Source of the DNA: Sphingomonadales bacterium
GTDB taxonomy: Bacteria; Bacteroidota; Bacteroidia; NS11-12g; UBA955
Assembly (NCBI GenBank): GCA_016872175.1
Contig: VHBA01000001.1
Coordinates: forward strand, 2,757 to 66,756
Length of the DNA stretch: 64,000 bases
Reading direction: 5' to 3'
Shown here in pieces: positions 1-8,425 of this stretch. Made by a program: the position numbers and the translations under genes. The notes beneath the pieces were generated by a model, which ran no database searches, was not told where the DNA came from, and was given only the letters and a program-made list of their open reading frames with translations. Position 1 is the stretch's first letter; the number at the start of each line of letters is the position of its first letter.

Positions 1-830
1 AGGTCTAATATCACTGCATCAGGCTTTAAATATTCCAGTTGCTCTTTCATCAGGTTTTGCCGCAACAGGGAATAGTGTCCGGCCCCATTTATTCCTACGC
101 TGTGAAATAAAACGCCCGCATCATCGGGTGTTTCTATACTGATACCATAAATTTCAAACATTGATTGAGCAGAATCTGTTTTTTTAAGCGTAAAAACAAA
201 CTCACTGCTTACCATTGGTAAGTCCACCACAAGCATGGAAGTATTACCGGATAAGGCTTTTGGTTCGAATACATCCACAAATAATTGATTTGTGCCTGAG
301 CGCACTGTGAAATCATAACTCAGGGCATCTCTTTTCAAAAATAACCGCAAACGCCTATGTTCAGGTTGAATAGTGCCCTTAAAACTTAACCTGAAACTAG
401 CGTTGCTGTCAAGAGTTCTGGATGTAACTCCGCTTACACCAAGTGGAAATTGTGGATTAATCTCAATGTTTTTAGCATTAAGCCAGCGACCGGTATGTGA
501 GGTCGTGTAATCTACAGCAGCATGGGTTCTTGCGGTTGAATAAGGAAAAACCATGCCCCGGCCTGCATTTCCATACGTTAGTTGGAAGCGGGAGCGCAAT
601 TCACCTGTGAAATCATCTGCTTGTACGTGTGAATCACCTATATACAGGATGCTTACCCGTTTACTCTTTGCATTTTTCAACTTGTTAAAAAACGGTTCGG
701 CTTGTTCTTTGTGATGAAACTGAAGCGTGTTAAATTCTGTGTGCAGAAAAGGGTAGGGGGTATAGCGGTTTTCTGGCCATACCGACAATGACTGCTGGGC
801 TGTCAGAATCTGGCAGCTTGCAAAAAACAA
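1..830 (-). CDS. SGNH/GDSL-family hydrolase or acyltransferase (DltD/AlgX-like), 3'-partial (runs off the left edge). The start is unclear: no in-frame ATG, candidates are TTG near 828-830 or ATT near 852-854.
   Basis: Hand translation of the minus strand gives ...KKIIKNILFILFFASCQILTAQQSLSVW... (signal peptide), then KRVSILYIGDSHVQADDFTGELR (a GDS(H) active-site block). This parallels the HIWYYGDSQIEGD block of the upstream paralog. Not in the ORF track, presumably because there is no ATG and the gene is partial. Confidence 0.45.
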   Translation of the reverse strand, partial: MFFASCQILTAQQSLSVWPENRYTPYPFLHTEFNTLQFHHKEQAEPFFNKLKNAKSKRVSILYIGDSHVQADDFTGELRSRFQLTYGNAGRGMVFPYSTARTHAAVDYTTSHTGRWLNAKNIEINPQFPLGVSGVTSRTLDSNASFRLSFKGTIQPEHRRLRLFLKRDALSYDFTVRSGTNQLFVDVFEPKALSGNTSMLVVDLPMVSSEFVFTLKKTDSAQSMFEIYGISIETPDDAGVLFHSVGINGAGHYSLLRQNLMKEQLEYLKPDAVILD

Positions 831-846
831 TATGAAGAGGATATTT

Positions 847-2223
847 TTAATAATTTTTTTTATGGCTTAACGTATAAATTTCATAAAATTTCATGATTTC
901 CTTATACAGCATTTGAGCAAAAAACTTTTGTCCGGATGCGCTTAAATGTCCGTCAATACTGGCTTTTCCTTGTTTTACCCATCCACTAATTCCATTTTTT
1001 GACTGCATTAGAGCGTGCATATCAAAAAAAGCGCAGCCCGCTTTTTCAGCTGCCTTTTGCATTTCCATTGCCAGGACAGCCGCATACGGATAAGGCTCGG
1101 ACTTTTCATCAATAATCCTTCCCATATCGCCGCCACTTACAACCAAAATACTTATCCCAGGCAGTGCCTTGCGGTATTTAACGAACAATTTATAGAAAGC
1201 ATTGCCCACCTGGGCAGCGTGTGCCTCATTTTGTAAGTATGGTATGGCGTTGTTGCCATAATGAAATACAATCAGCTTGGTGTTTAATAGTTTTGCCTGA
1301 TTTTGCAGCATTGTATTACTAACACTAAACAGTCCGTCGCCACTATGCCCTCTTATTCCGCAATTATCAATTTGAATGCCTTTTTGGCCTTCAAGCAGAT
1401 AGCCAAACAGAGGGGTGGAATTTACTTTATATTTTAGGATTAGCTCCCTGCATTTTCCGTCATGGATCAGTGTTTTATATCCGGTTAATGAAACTTCACT
1501 TTCTGTTTTCTTATCAGCAGTTACACTTATCATGCTTTTATCATCTTTATCATGCAAAAGGTATACCTTACTAAATTGCAATCCCGGGAAAATCCTGATA
1601 GATGACTGAGCCTCGGTGGAATCATCTGTGTTTATGCGGTATTTAATGCCACTAAATCCAAAACCGGTTGCCTTTTTATGGTTAAAAACATTGTATTTGA
1701 TGAGTCCCCGGCAATTTGTTTCAAGGTACCTGTAACTGGCCACATCATTAAATGGAACCAGACCTTGTCCACTGCCGCCAAAGTTTTTTTGCATCAATAG
1801 CCGTAGGTCTTGTGTAATACGGTCTCCTTCAATTTGCGAGTCGCCATAGTACCAAATGTGCACCAGTGAATCAGCTGTGGTTTGAAGTGCTGCAAAAAAG
1901 GCATCCAGCGGGGCTTTCCCATTAATGGAAGCATTGTTTAGAAATGCAATTTCTCTATGCAGGGTATCAATGCGTTTGCGCTGAGCTGCAGTGAGATTTT
2001 TAAGGATAACAGAATCGGGTTTTGCAACGATTTTCTTTGGTTTAACGATCGTGGAGGGTTTTTCCCCGCCCCGAATCAGTGCCCCCGTTTGGGTAAACCG
2101 TAAACCTCTTTCAGTTAGCCACTTGTTCCAAGCCGGCTTGCTGAATGTCCATATAACTCCGGCAAGCAATACAGCAGCTGCGGTGATTGTAAGGAGAGGC
2201 CTGTTATGGTTGTAATTACTCAA
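847..2223 (-). CDS. SGNH/GDSL-family protein with an N-terminal membrane anchor (DltD/AlgX-like acyltransferase or esterase)
   Basis: 458-aa ORF. N-terminal TM segment (LLTITAAAVLLAGVIWTF) and a GDS motif (IWYYGDSQIEGDRIT). Its start overlaps the stop of the carrier-protein gene by 4 nt. A paralog of the partial gene at 1-830. Confidence 0.55.
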   Translation of the reverse strand: MSNYNHNRPLLTITAAAVLLAGVIWTFSKPAWNKWLTERGLRFTQTGALIRGGEKPSTIVKPKKIVAKPDSVILKNLTAAQRKRIDTLHREIAFLNNASINGKAPLDAFFAALQTTADSLVHIWYYGDSQIEGDRITQDLRLLMQKNFGGSGQGLVPFNDVASYRYLETNCRGLIKYNVFNHKKATGFGFSGIKYRINTDDSTEAQSSIRIFPGLQFSKVYLLHDKDDKSMISVTADKKTESEVSLTGYKTLIHDGKCRELILKYKVNSTPLFGYLLEGQKGIQIDNCGIRGHSGDGLFSVSNTMLQNQAKLLNTKLIVFHYGNNAIPYLQNEAHAAQVGNAFYKLFVKYRKALPGISILVVSGGDMGRIIDEKSEPYPYAAVLAMEMQKAAEKAGCAFFDMHALMQSKNGISGWVKQGKASIDGHLSASGQKFFAQMLYKEIMKFYEIYTLSHKKNY

Positions 2224-2468
2224 ACAGCCTGCTTTTTCTCAAGTATAAGCTCTATGAGGTCACCGGTATTTTTCATGCCTGTTAATTCCCTGAGTTTAAA
2301 ACGTATTCCAAAGTGGGATTCAACAGCAGCAATCATAGTAAGATGGGTAAGGGAATCCCATTTTTCGATTTTTTCTGCAGTCAGGTCATCCGTTATTTCA
2401 ATATTGCCGCATTTAAATACACTGTTGAATATGTTGCTGAGTTGAAGGCGAATTTCAGAAGTTTCCAT
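2220..2468 (-). CDS. acyl/peptidyl carrier protein (DltC-like)
   Basis: 82 aa. Phosphopantetheine-attachment style motif EKIEKWDSLTHLTMIAAVE (DSL serine). Its size matches stand-alone carrier proteins. Confidence 0.6.
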   Translation of the reverse strand: METSEIRLQLSNIFNSVFKCGNIEITDDLTAEKIEKWDSLTHLTMIAAVESHFGIRFKLRELTGMKNTGDLIELILEKKQAV

Positions 2469-2469
2469 G

Positions 2470-3120
2470 TCAAAGGGTTTTTATCAAAGATAGACGGGTA
2501 TTGTGTGCCAACAAAGTTAGAATTTCCTTTTGTTCGGAACTTATTTGCTCACGAATGAGAAATCCACATTTTGTGTATGAGCGAAAGGCTGCTTCATTGC
2601 TGCCCAGCAATTGAATTTCAGCTATTGTGGGTTTTTGGGAGGTAGTTGCAGTATGCTCAATGCAGTATTCAATGAGTTTTGAGGCCATCCCTTTACCGCG
2701 AAATTCATTTTTGGTATAGATGCATTCCAGCTGAAGTGCAAGTTGAAGACGGGGTAGTTGCATGCTTTTTAGCATTTCCAATTTGCTGCCTGCCTGTGTC
2801 CATTTTTCTCCCAGCAGCCATGCCATAGCCTGCGCTTTAAGTATTCCGCTGCCCATTCCGCATTCGCCTTCCACCCAGGCACTTAGGCAGGCCGCAGGTT
2901 GCCCGTCAGCTTCAAGTATTGTAAAGTTGGGCAAATACCATTCCTGCCCTTCTATTTCTTCGTCCAAAGCTTCCAGAATCAATGCCCTTGTTTCATCCAA
3001 ATCAAGTCCAAAAAGCGCTGTGTATGGCAAAATTTCACTACCGGACATTTCCGCAAGTATTATGCCCTCTGTAATGAAATCGAGGTCAGTTTTCTTTGCT
3101 TTTCTGAATGTAATGTTCAT
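2470..3120 (-). CDS. GNAT-family N-acetyltransferase
   Basis: 216 aa. Acetyl-CoA-binding motif RGKGMASKLIE (the R/Q-x-x-G-x-G/A block) in the C-terminal half. Packed tightly between the adenylating-enzyme and carrier-protein genes. Confidence 0.5.
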   Translation of the reverse strand: MNITFRKAKKTDLDFITEGIILAEMSGSEILPYTALFGLDLDETRALILEALDEEIEGQEWYLPNFTILEADGQPAACLSAWVEGECGMGSGILKAQAMAWLLGEKWTQAGSKLEMLKSMQLPRLQLALQLECIYTKNEFRGKGMASKLIEYCIEHTATTSQKPTIAEIQLLGSNEAAFRSYTKCGFLIREQISSEQKEILTLLAHNTRLSLIKTL

Positions 3121-4616
3121 AAAGAAGAATGTTTGCTTTCAGCAATCAGCCGAAGTGCCTTTCTGTCTGTTTTTCCGTTTGCATTCAATGGTATCTCATC
3201 GATGCTCAGTATTCGATGTGGTTTCATGTAATTAGGCAACAGCGGTGCCAGCGATTCTAAAATCTGAACTTCAGCGTTGTCCTGTTTTTGAACAAAAAGT
3301 GCAAGATACCAACTGTTTTGTATCTGATAGCCAATTGCTACAAACTGTTTATTGGGTAATACACGCGCTGCGGCTATTTCTATTTCACCCAGTTCAATGC
3401 GGTATCCTTGTATTTTTACCTGATCATCTTTCCGTCCGATATAAAAATAATTTCCACTTCGGTCTCTGTATGCAATGTCTCCTGTTTTATAATACCGCAC
3501 CTGCTTGTATTCAAAGAACTTTTGCTGATTTTGTTCCGGGTTGCACAAATACCCGGGGGTGATTTGTTGGCCGCTTAGGCACAATTCGCCTTCTTGTTTA
3601 ATATCGCTTATTACATTTTTTGAATCATCTATTAATAAGAAGTCCGCTCTGTACATAGGTTTACCTATACTCACAACCCCGCTGTGATGTTTGATTTTAG
3701 AAGGTACACAGGTTGCAGAACTGCAATAGATGGTAGCTTCCGTAGGACCGTAAACATTGTCAATTCTGGCATTTGGTATACAAGTGGCCCATTTTTCAAG
3801 GAGGTCTTTTTTAAGGGCTTCGCCACAAAATTGAGAAACCCGTAGTTGGGGCAGATGAATATCTTCCAAATAGGGAAGCAGTAAACCGATGGCAGAAGGA
3901 ACCATTAGGCTCACATTTATCTGGTATTTATCCAATACATGATACAATGCCAGTGTTTTTATCATGCCTGTTGGCAAGGTGCAAAAACTTCCACCCTGCA
4001 TCAAAGGCCTGGCAAAACATACCACTGACAAATCAAATGTGAGATCGAACATTTGCAAAAACCGGTCTTCTTCACGCACATCATAACCCAGTGCATCAAA
4101 ACCATCCATGAACGACTGCAGGTTGCCGAATGTTATGGGCACTCCTTTTGGCTTTCCTGTTGTGCCCGATGTAAACAGGATATAAGCCAGTTTATCTTCA
4201 GTTGGAAAGGCGTGAAAACATTCAGAATCAGGCAATGCGGAGTTGTTAACAAATTCAGTTTCCGGAAAATTTTCCTTCAGTTTTTCAATTTCTTCGTCTT
4301 CGGTAGTATAAAACAATGTGCCGATTTCGGCAGCTTTTATAATTTCTGTAATTCTTTCAACAGGATAATGTGATGGAATGGGAACATAGGCCTTTCCGGT
4401 GAGCCATGCTGCGACAAGGGTAGCATATGTCTCGGGAGTATTTTGGGTAATTACACCGATATGCATGCTGCCGGTACGCTGTATTTTACCCTGTATAGCA
4501 CCTGTAAGTTCTTTTAGGTATGCATAAGAAAAGTTAGTATCCTCTATAATACAAGCAGTTCTATCACTCCCTTGTTGTAAATTTTTGAAAATGTCATGTA
4601 GAAACAGCATGCTCAT
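3117..4616 (-). CDS. stand-alone amino-acid adenylating enzyme (AMP-binding superfamily; DltA / NRPS A-domain-like)
   Basis: 499 aa carrying the adenylation core motifs: LFTSGTTGKPKGV (A3), NVYGPTE (A5), YKTGD (A7), GRKDDQVKIQGYRIELGEIE (A8) and NANGKTDRKAL (A10). A10 is typical of amino-acid-activating A domains and DltA. The start ATG overlaps the gatB stop (ATGA). Confidence 0.7.
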   Translation of the reverse strand: MSMLFLHDIFKNLQQGSDRTACIIEDTNFSYAYLKELTGAIQGKIQRTGSMHIGVITQNTPETYATLVAAWLTGKAYVPIPSHYPVERITEIIKAAEIGTLFYTTEDEEIEKLKENFPETEFVNNSALPDSECFHAFPTEDKLAYILFTSGTTGKPKGVPITFGNLQSFMDGFDALGYDVREEDRFLQMFDLTFDLSVVCFARPLMQGGSFCTLPTGMIKTLALYHVLDKYQINVSLMVPSAIGLLLPYLEDIHLPQLRVSQFCGEALKKDLLEKWATCIPNARIDNVYGPTEATIYCSSATCVPSKIKHHSGVVSIGKPMYRADFLLIDDSKNVISDIKQEGELCLSGQQITPGYLCNPEQNQQKFFEYKQVRYYKTGDIAYRDRSGNYFYIGRKDDQVKIQGYRIELGEIEIAAARVLPNKQFVAIGYQIQNSWYLALFVQKQDNAEVQILESLAPLLPNYMKPHRILSIDEIPLNANGKTDRKALRLIAESKHSSL

Positions 4617-6058
4617 GCATCAAGCATTTTACGCACCTGTTCATTGGTTTTTCTGGGATCAGCTTTCCCTTTGCTGGCTTTCATAACTTCACCTACAAAC
4701 AATCCCAGCAACCCTGTTTTGCCATTTTTATATTCTTGTACCTTATCAGGAAATTTGGATAATACCTCTGCGATAAGCGTTTCAATCGTATCCGTATTAG
4801 CATCCTGAGCCAAGTTTAGTTTTTCTATTAAAGAAACTGCTGAAGCCGCAGAATCTTTAATCATGGCGGGGAACAGGTGTTGCGCTGCTGCACTGTGTGA
4901 AATTATATTTTTATCAATTACTTCAATGATTTCAGCAATCTTTTCAGGTTGCAGCGGGAATGATTCCATACCCATGGCATTCTCATTCAGGTAGCCTTTA
5001 ATGGCCACATTTACCCAGTTGGCTGCCGCTTTATAGTTAGAGGTGCATTGAATTAGCCGATTAAAATAGAGTGCTGTGGACTTATCGTCTGTTAAAACCG
5101 AAGCATCATATTCTGAGAGGCCAAGTTCATTGTTAAATCGATTAAACAGAGACTCTGGTAATTCCGGCATGCTATGTCGCACGGCTTCAATGTCTGTTTC
5201 GGTTAGGGTAAGCGGTGGTAAGTCCGGTTCCGGAAAATAGCGGTAATCATTAACCAGTTCCTTCTTGCGCATACTGAAAGTAATGCCGTTAAGGCCATTA
5301 AATCCGCGTGTTTCACCTACCACGGAACCGCCATTATTCAGTAATTCGGTCTGTCTTTTAATCTCAAAATCAATGGCGCGTTTTACATTGCTGATGGAGT
5401 TCATGTTTTTCACTTCCACCTTGGTTCCAAATGCGGAGGTTCCTTTCGAACGAATAGAAATATTGGCATCGCAACGCAGGCTACCTTCTTCCATATTGCC
5501 GTCGCAAATTTCTAAATACCGCACCAGTCTGCGTATTTCCGTTACAAAGGCATAGGCCTCATCACCGGTACGGATATCAGGTTCAGTTACTACCTCTATG
5601 AGGGGCGTACCTGCACGGTTGTAATCTATCAGTGAGTCGGTCAGATCCTGGTCATGCATGCTTTTGCCGGTATCTTCCTCCATATGAATGCGGATAAGAC
5701 GTACTTTTTTGGGTTCACCCTTTTTTGGCTTGATATTAACAAAACCGCCCGTACACAGTGGTGTGTCGAACTGGGTTATTTGATATCCTTTGGGCAAATC
5801 TGCGTAAAAATAATTCTTGCGCGCATAACGGTTTATCCGGGTGATGTCGCATTGCAAAGCCAGGCCCATTTTCATGGCCAGTTCTATGGCGTGTTTGTTG
5901 TGCCTGGGCAGGGTGCCCGGATGGGCAAGGCTTATAGGGCTCACCTGGGTATTCGGCATTTGTCCGTAAGAAGTGCTGTCTGCCGAAAAGGCTTTGCTGC
6001 CGGTAAGCAGCTGTATATGTATTTCCAATCCTATTACGGCTTCAAATTCAGTGCTCAT
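4613..6058 (-). CDS. gatB: Asp-tRNA(Asn)/Glu-tRNA(Gln) amidotransferase subunit B
   Basis: 481 aa with a characteristic GatB N-terminus (MSTEFEAVIGLEIHIQL..., LPRHNKHAIELA) and a C-terminal GatB/YqeY-like helical domain. Confidence 0.9.
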   Translation of the reverse strand: MSTEFEAVIGLEIHIQLLTGSKAFSADSTSYGQMPNTQVSPISLAHPGTLPRHNKHAIELAMKMGLALQCDITRINRYARKNYFYADLPKGYQITQFDTPLCTGGFVNIKPKKGEPKKVRLIRIHMEEDTGKSMHDQDLTDSLIDYNRAGTPLIEVVTEPDIRTGDEAYAFVTEIRRLVRYLEICDGNMEEGSLRCDANISIRSKGTSAFGTKVEVKNMNSISNVKRAIDFEIKRQTELLNNGGSVVGETRGFNGLNGITFSMRKKELVNDYRYFPEPDLPPLTLTETDIEAVRHSMPELPESLFNRFNNELGLSEYDASVLTDDKSTALYFNRLIQCTSNYKAAANWVNVAIKGYLNENAMGMESFPLQPEKIAEIIEVIDKNIISHSAAAQHLFPAMIKDSAASAVSLIEKLNLAQDANTDTIETLIAEVLSKFPDKVQEYKNGKTGLLGLFVGEVMKASKGKADPRKTNEQVRKMLDA

Positions 6059-6113
6059 TGCCCTATTTTATTGCGACACAAATATACGTGAGTGAATTGG
6101 TATTGATGGATTC

Positions 6114-6143
6114 ACCCAAAAGAAAAGCCCCGTTTCCGGGGCT
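6114..6143 (-). terminator. rho-independent terminator downstream of tRNA-Gly
   Basis: 7-bp GC-rich stem (agccccg / cggggct) with a 4-nt loop at 6126-6143. On the minus strand it is followed by CTTTTCTTTTGGG. Confidence 0.6.
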
Positions 6144-6146
6144 CAT

Positions 6147-6222
6147 TGGAGCGAGAAACGAGACTCGAACTCGCGACCCTCACCTTGGCAAGGTGATGCT
6201 CTACCAACTGAGCTATTCTCGC
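6147..6222 (-). tRNA. tRNA-Gly (anticodon GCC)
   Basis: The reverse complement reads GCGAGAATAGCTCAGTTGGTAGAGCATCACCTTGCCAAGGTGAGGGTCGCGAGTTCGAGTCTCGTTTCTCGCTCCA. This is 76 nt with a canonical cloverleaf, a TTGCCAA anticodon loop, a GTTCGAGTC T-arm and an encoded CCA. It is near-identical in pattern to bacterial tRNA-Gly(GCC). Confidence 0.85.
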
Positions 6223-6304
6223 TTTTACATTGCTCTTTCGATCAATGTGGGTGCAAAATTAATGAATCCGCAGGCTAAAATCAACCCGGATTAGTTAATT
6301 TTTT

Positions 6305-6710
6305 AAAAGCAGTCCTGTAAGCCGGATTCTGTATCCGAATTCGTTGCCGAAAAAGGACCCTTACCATTTATCTGGGACCTGCTTCACAACAGGCCTCAAT
6401 CGACCTACCCTCCCTGCCATTACTGCCGAAGCAGTAAACCGGAGCGGGCAGCTCCTGATGCAGGGTTTATTTGGTCTTTCAACCCGCAAGGTTTATCCCA
6501 ATCCCGTTTCACAACGAGATGAGTGGGCTCTTACCCCGCTTTTTCACCCTTATCTCGGCTAAGCCGAGACGGTATAGTTTCTGTGACACTCTCTGTCGCA
6601 ACCCGGTTACCCAAGTTGCGCCTTCCTGTTAGGAAGTACGGCGCCCTGTGTTGCCCGGACTTTCCTCACCGGGTTTTCCCGGCGCGGTAAGGCAGACTGC
6701 TGCAGCAAAG
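6305..6710 (-). ncRNA. rnpB: RNase P RNA, bacterial type A (rnpB)
   Basis: The minus-strand read contains the universally conserved P4 block GGTGAGGAAAGTCCGGGC. It also has ACAGGGC, GGGTAAGAGCCCAC and the 3' ACAGAATCCGGCTTAC block. The 5' GCAGTCTG pairs with the 3' CAGGACTGC as helix P1. There is no credible ORF here; the two '+' ORFs in the track over this region are spurious. Confidence 0.8.
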
Positions 6711-6724
6711 TTAAGTCAGATTAA

Positions 6725-6754
6725 ATAAAAAAGGTCTCATGTGAGGCCTTTTTG
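6725..6754. terminator. bidirectional hairpin terminator between gldJ and rnpB
   Basis: The sequence aaaaaAGGTCTCAtgTGAGGCCTttttt at 6727-6754 has an 8-bp stem flanked by an A-run on one side and a T-run on the other, so it can terminate the gldJ transcript on the minus strand. Confidence 0.55.
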
Positions 6755-6771
6755 TGTAATGTCAATTATAA

Positions 6772-8292
6772 TCAACGTTTTTGCTTTGTTTTCTTGTCGA
6801 TACCACTGCTGGGGAGTTTGTTATATTTCTCCTTACTATTACCCACAGGTGATCCGATTCTAATCATGGCACAACGGAAACCTATGGTGCTGGTACTTTG
6901 CTTTTCATCAAGGAAACGGCGAGTACCGGGTGAGGCCCAATAGGTGCGGTCGTTCCAACTTGCGCCCTTGAATACACGGGCTTTGTTGTTTACCAAAGAG
7001 GTAGCACCGTATTCGTAAATCATTTCTCCGTTGTTGTAGTTGTCTTCATCTTTAAAGCCAATGTTATCAGCCTTGCGATAGTTACGGCGATTTACATTGT
7101 CTGACTCTGTTACATCGCGGAACTTAAGACGACCAAGGCTATCTTTTTCTTCGATTGCTCCGTACTGGTCCATTACAAGCGTCTTATAAACGTTACCACG
7201 GAAAGGCATGAAGGCATCCATGTCTTCCATAGATAGGGGACGATAAACATCCATAACCCATTCACTAACGTTGGCTGACATGTTATACAAACCATATGCA
7301 TTAGGCCAGTAACTGTATACGGGTGTGGTTATAAAGCCTGCATCATTCAAAGGACCACCGGCCACACCACCAAAATCTCCTTTGCCGCGCATGGCATTCA
7401 TGCGAATTTTTCCTCTGTCTGTCTCACTACCATCTTTGATTCTTATAGTATAGTCATCCCAAGAATATAGTCGCTTTTGATCAATGTTTTCGAATTGGGT
7501 ATTTCCAATGTTTGCCTGTGCGGCGAATTCCCATTCAGCTTCTGTTGGCAGGCGATAGTCGGGAAGGAGTATGCCATCTTCCATGCTTACTTTGTAACGC
7601 TTGCGATCTTTTTTCTTAAGTTTACTGTAATCTTTAAGTGGTTTTTTGCCTTTCTTAAGAAAATCATACTGACCGGCAAGATACGTGCGGGTGTTAAAGT
7701 TGTTGTCGCCGGCAGCATCCTGGGCAATAGTGAATTTCATGATGCGTTCACGGTCAACGATATATTCGTTAACACGGTCGGTTCTCCATTTTGCAAAGTT
7801 TGTGGCCTGTTGCCAGTTTACCCCTACTACGGGATAATCTTTGTAGGCAGGGTGTCGGAAGTAGTAGTCTACAAATGGTTCATTGTAACCTAATTTACTT
7901 CTCCAGCAGTTGGTGTCGGGGAGTTCCTGGTTGTATACCTCAGGATAATCAACAAATGTGCGCATCAACCAGAAGATGTAGCCACGGTAATCAAGGTTGC
8001 TTACCTCAGTTTCATCCATGTAAAAAGAGTTTACTGTAATCGTTCTCTCCACATTGTTGTTGTCGTACCGCAGATCATTTTCGGTTGATCCCATGGTGAA
8101 TGATCCACCCTCCACTAAAACAAGCCCGGGACCGGTCTCCTGACCTTTGTATTTGGGATTAGCAAACCCACCCCATTTTGGATTGTTGTACAACTGACCG
8201 GTTGTTCTGCTTTTGTCTTTAGACCCGCAGCTTGCAAACAATAATGGCATTGCAATTACCGCTAACCATTGAATTTTTACCCTGAAATTCAT
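6772..8292 (-). CDS. gldJ: gliding-motility lipoprotein of the GldJ/GldK family (FGE-sulfatase/SUMF1-like domain)
   Basis: Lipoprotein signal MNFRVKIQWLAVIAMPLLFASCGSK. The start was moved to the internal Met, 16 codons inside the track ORF. Contains the block TGPGLVLVEGGSFTMGS typical of FGE-sulfatase-domain GldJ/GldK proteins. Its ~507-aa length and stand-alone position favour GldJ over GldK. Confidence 0.55.
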   Translation of the reverse strand: MNFRVKIQWLAVIAMPLLFASCGSKDKSRTTGQLYNNPKWGGFANPKYKGQETGPGLVLVEGGSFTMGSTENDLRYDNNNVERTITVNSFYMDETEVSNLDYRGYIFWLMRTFVDYPEVYNQELPDTNCWRSKLGYNEPFVDYYFRHPAYKDYPVVGVNWQQATNFAKWRTDRVNEYIVDRERIMKFTIAQDAAGDNNFNTRTYLAGQYDFLKKGKKPLKDYSKLKKKDRKRYKVSMEDGILLPDYRLPTEAEWEFAAQANIGNTQFENIDQKRLYSWDDYTIRIKDGSETDRGKIRMNAMRGKGDFGGVAGGPLNDAGFITTPVYSYWPNAYGLYNMSANVSEWVMDVYRPLSMEDMDAFMPFRGNVYKTLVMDQYGAIEEKDSLGRLKFRDVTESDNVNRRNYRKADNIGFKDEDNYNNGEMIYEYGATSLVNNKARVFKGASWNDRTYWASPGTRRFLDEKQSTSTIGFRCAMIRIGSPVGNSKEKYNKLPSSGIDKKTKQKR

Positions 8293-8365
8293 TTTCGTTT
8301 GTTTATGTTTTAACGCTTTTAGGCGAAAAATATTTCGCAAGTATATAAATATTTTTCCTATATCC

Positions 8366-8408
8366 CAAATAAAAATGGGCCGAAATTAATTTTCAGCCCA
8401 TTTTTTAT
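8366..8408. terminator. hairpin terminator between the porP-like gene and gldJ
   Basis: aaaaATGGGCcgaaattaattttcaGCCCATtttttt, a 7-bp stem with T-runs on both sides, immediately 3' of the porP-like gene on the minus strand. Confidence 0.5.
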
Positions 8409-8425
8409 ATGTAATTAATAACTTT

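Noticed and set aside
6058-6562. Two plus-strand ORFs in the track (78 aa at 6058-6294 and 72 aa at 6344-6562)
   Set aside because: They lie across the tRNA-Gly gene and inside the RNase P RNA gene on the opposite strand. They have no plausible protein features and are artefacts of ORF calling over structured-RNA genes.
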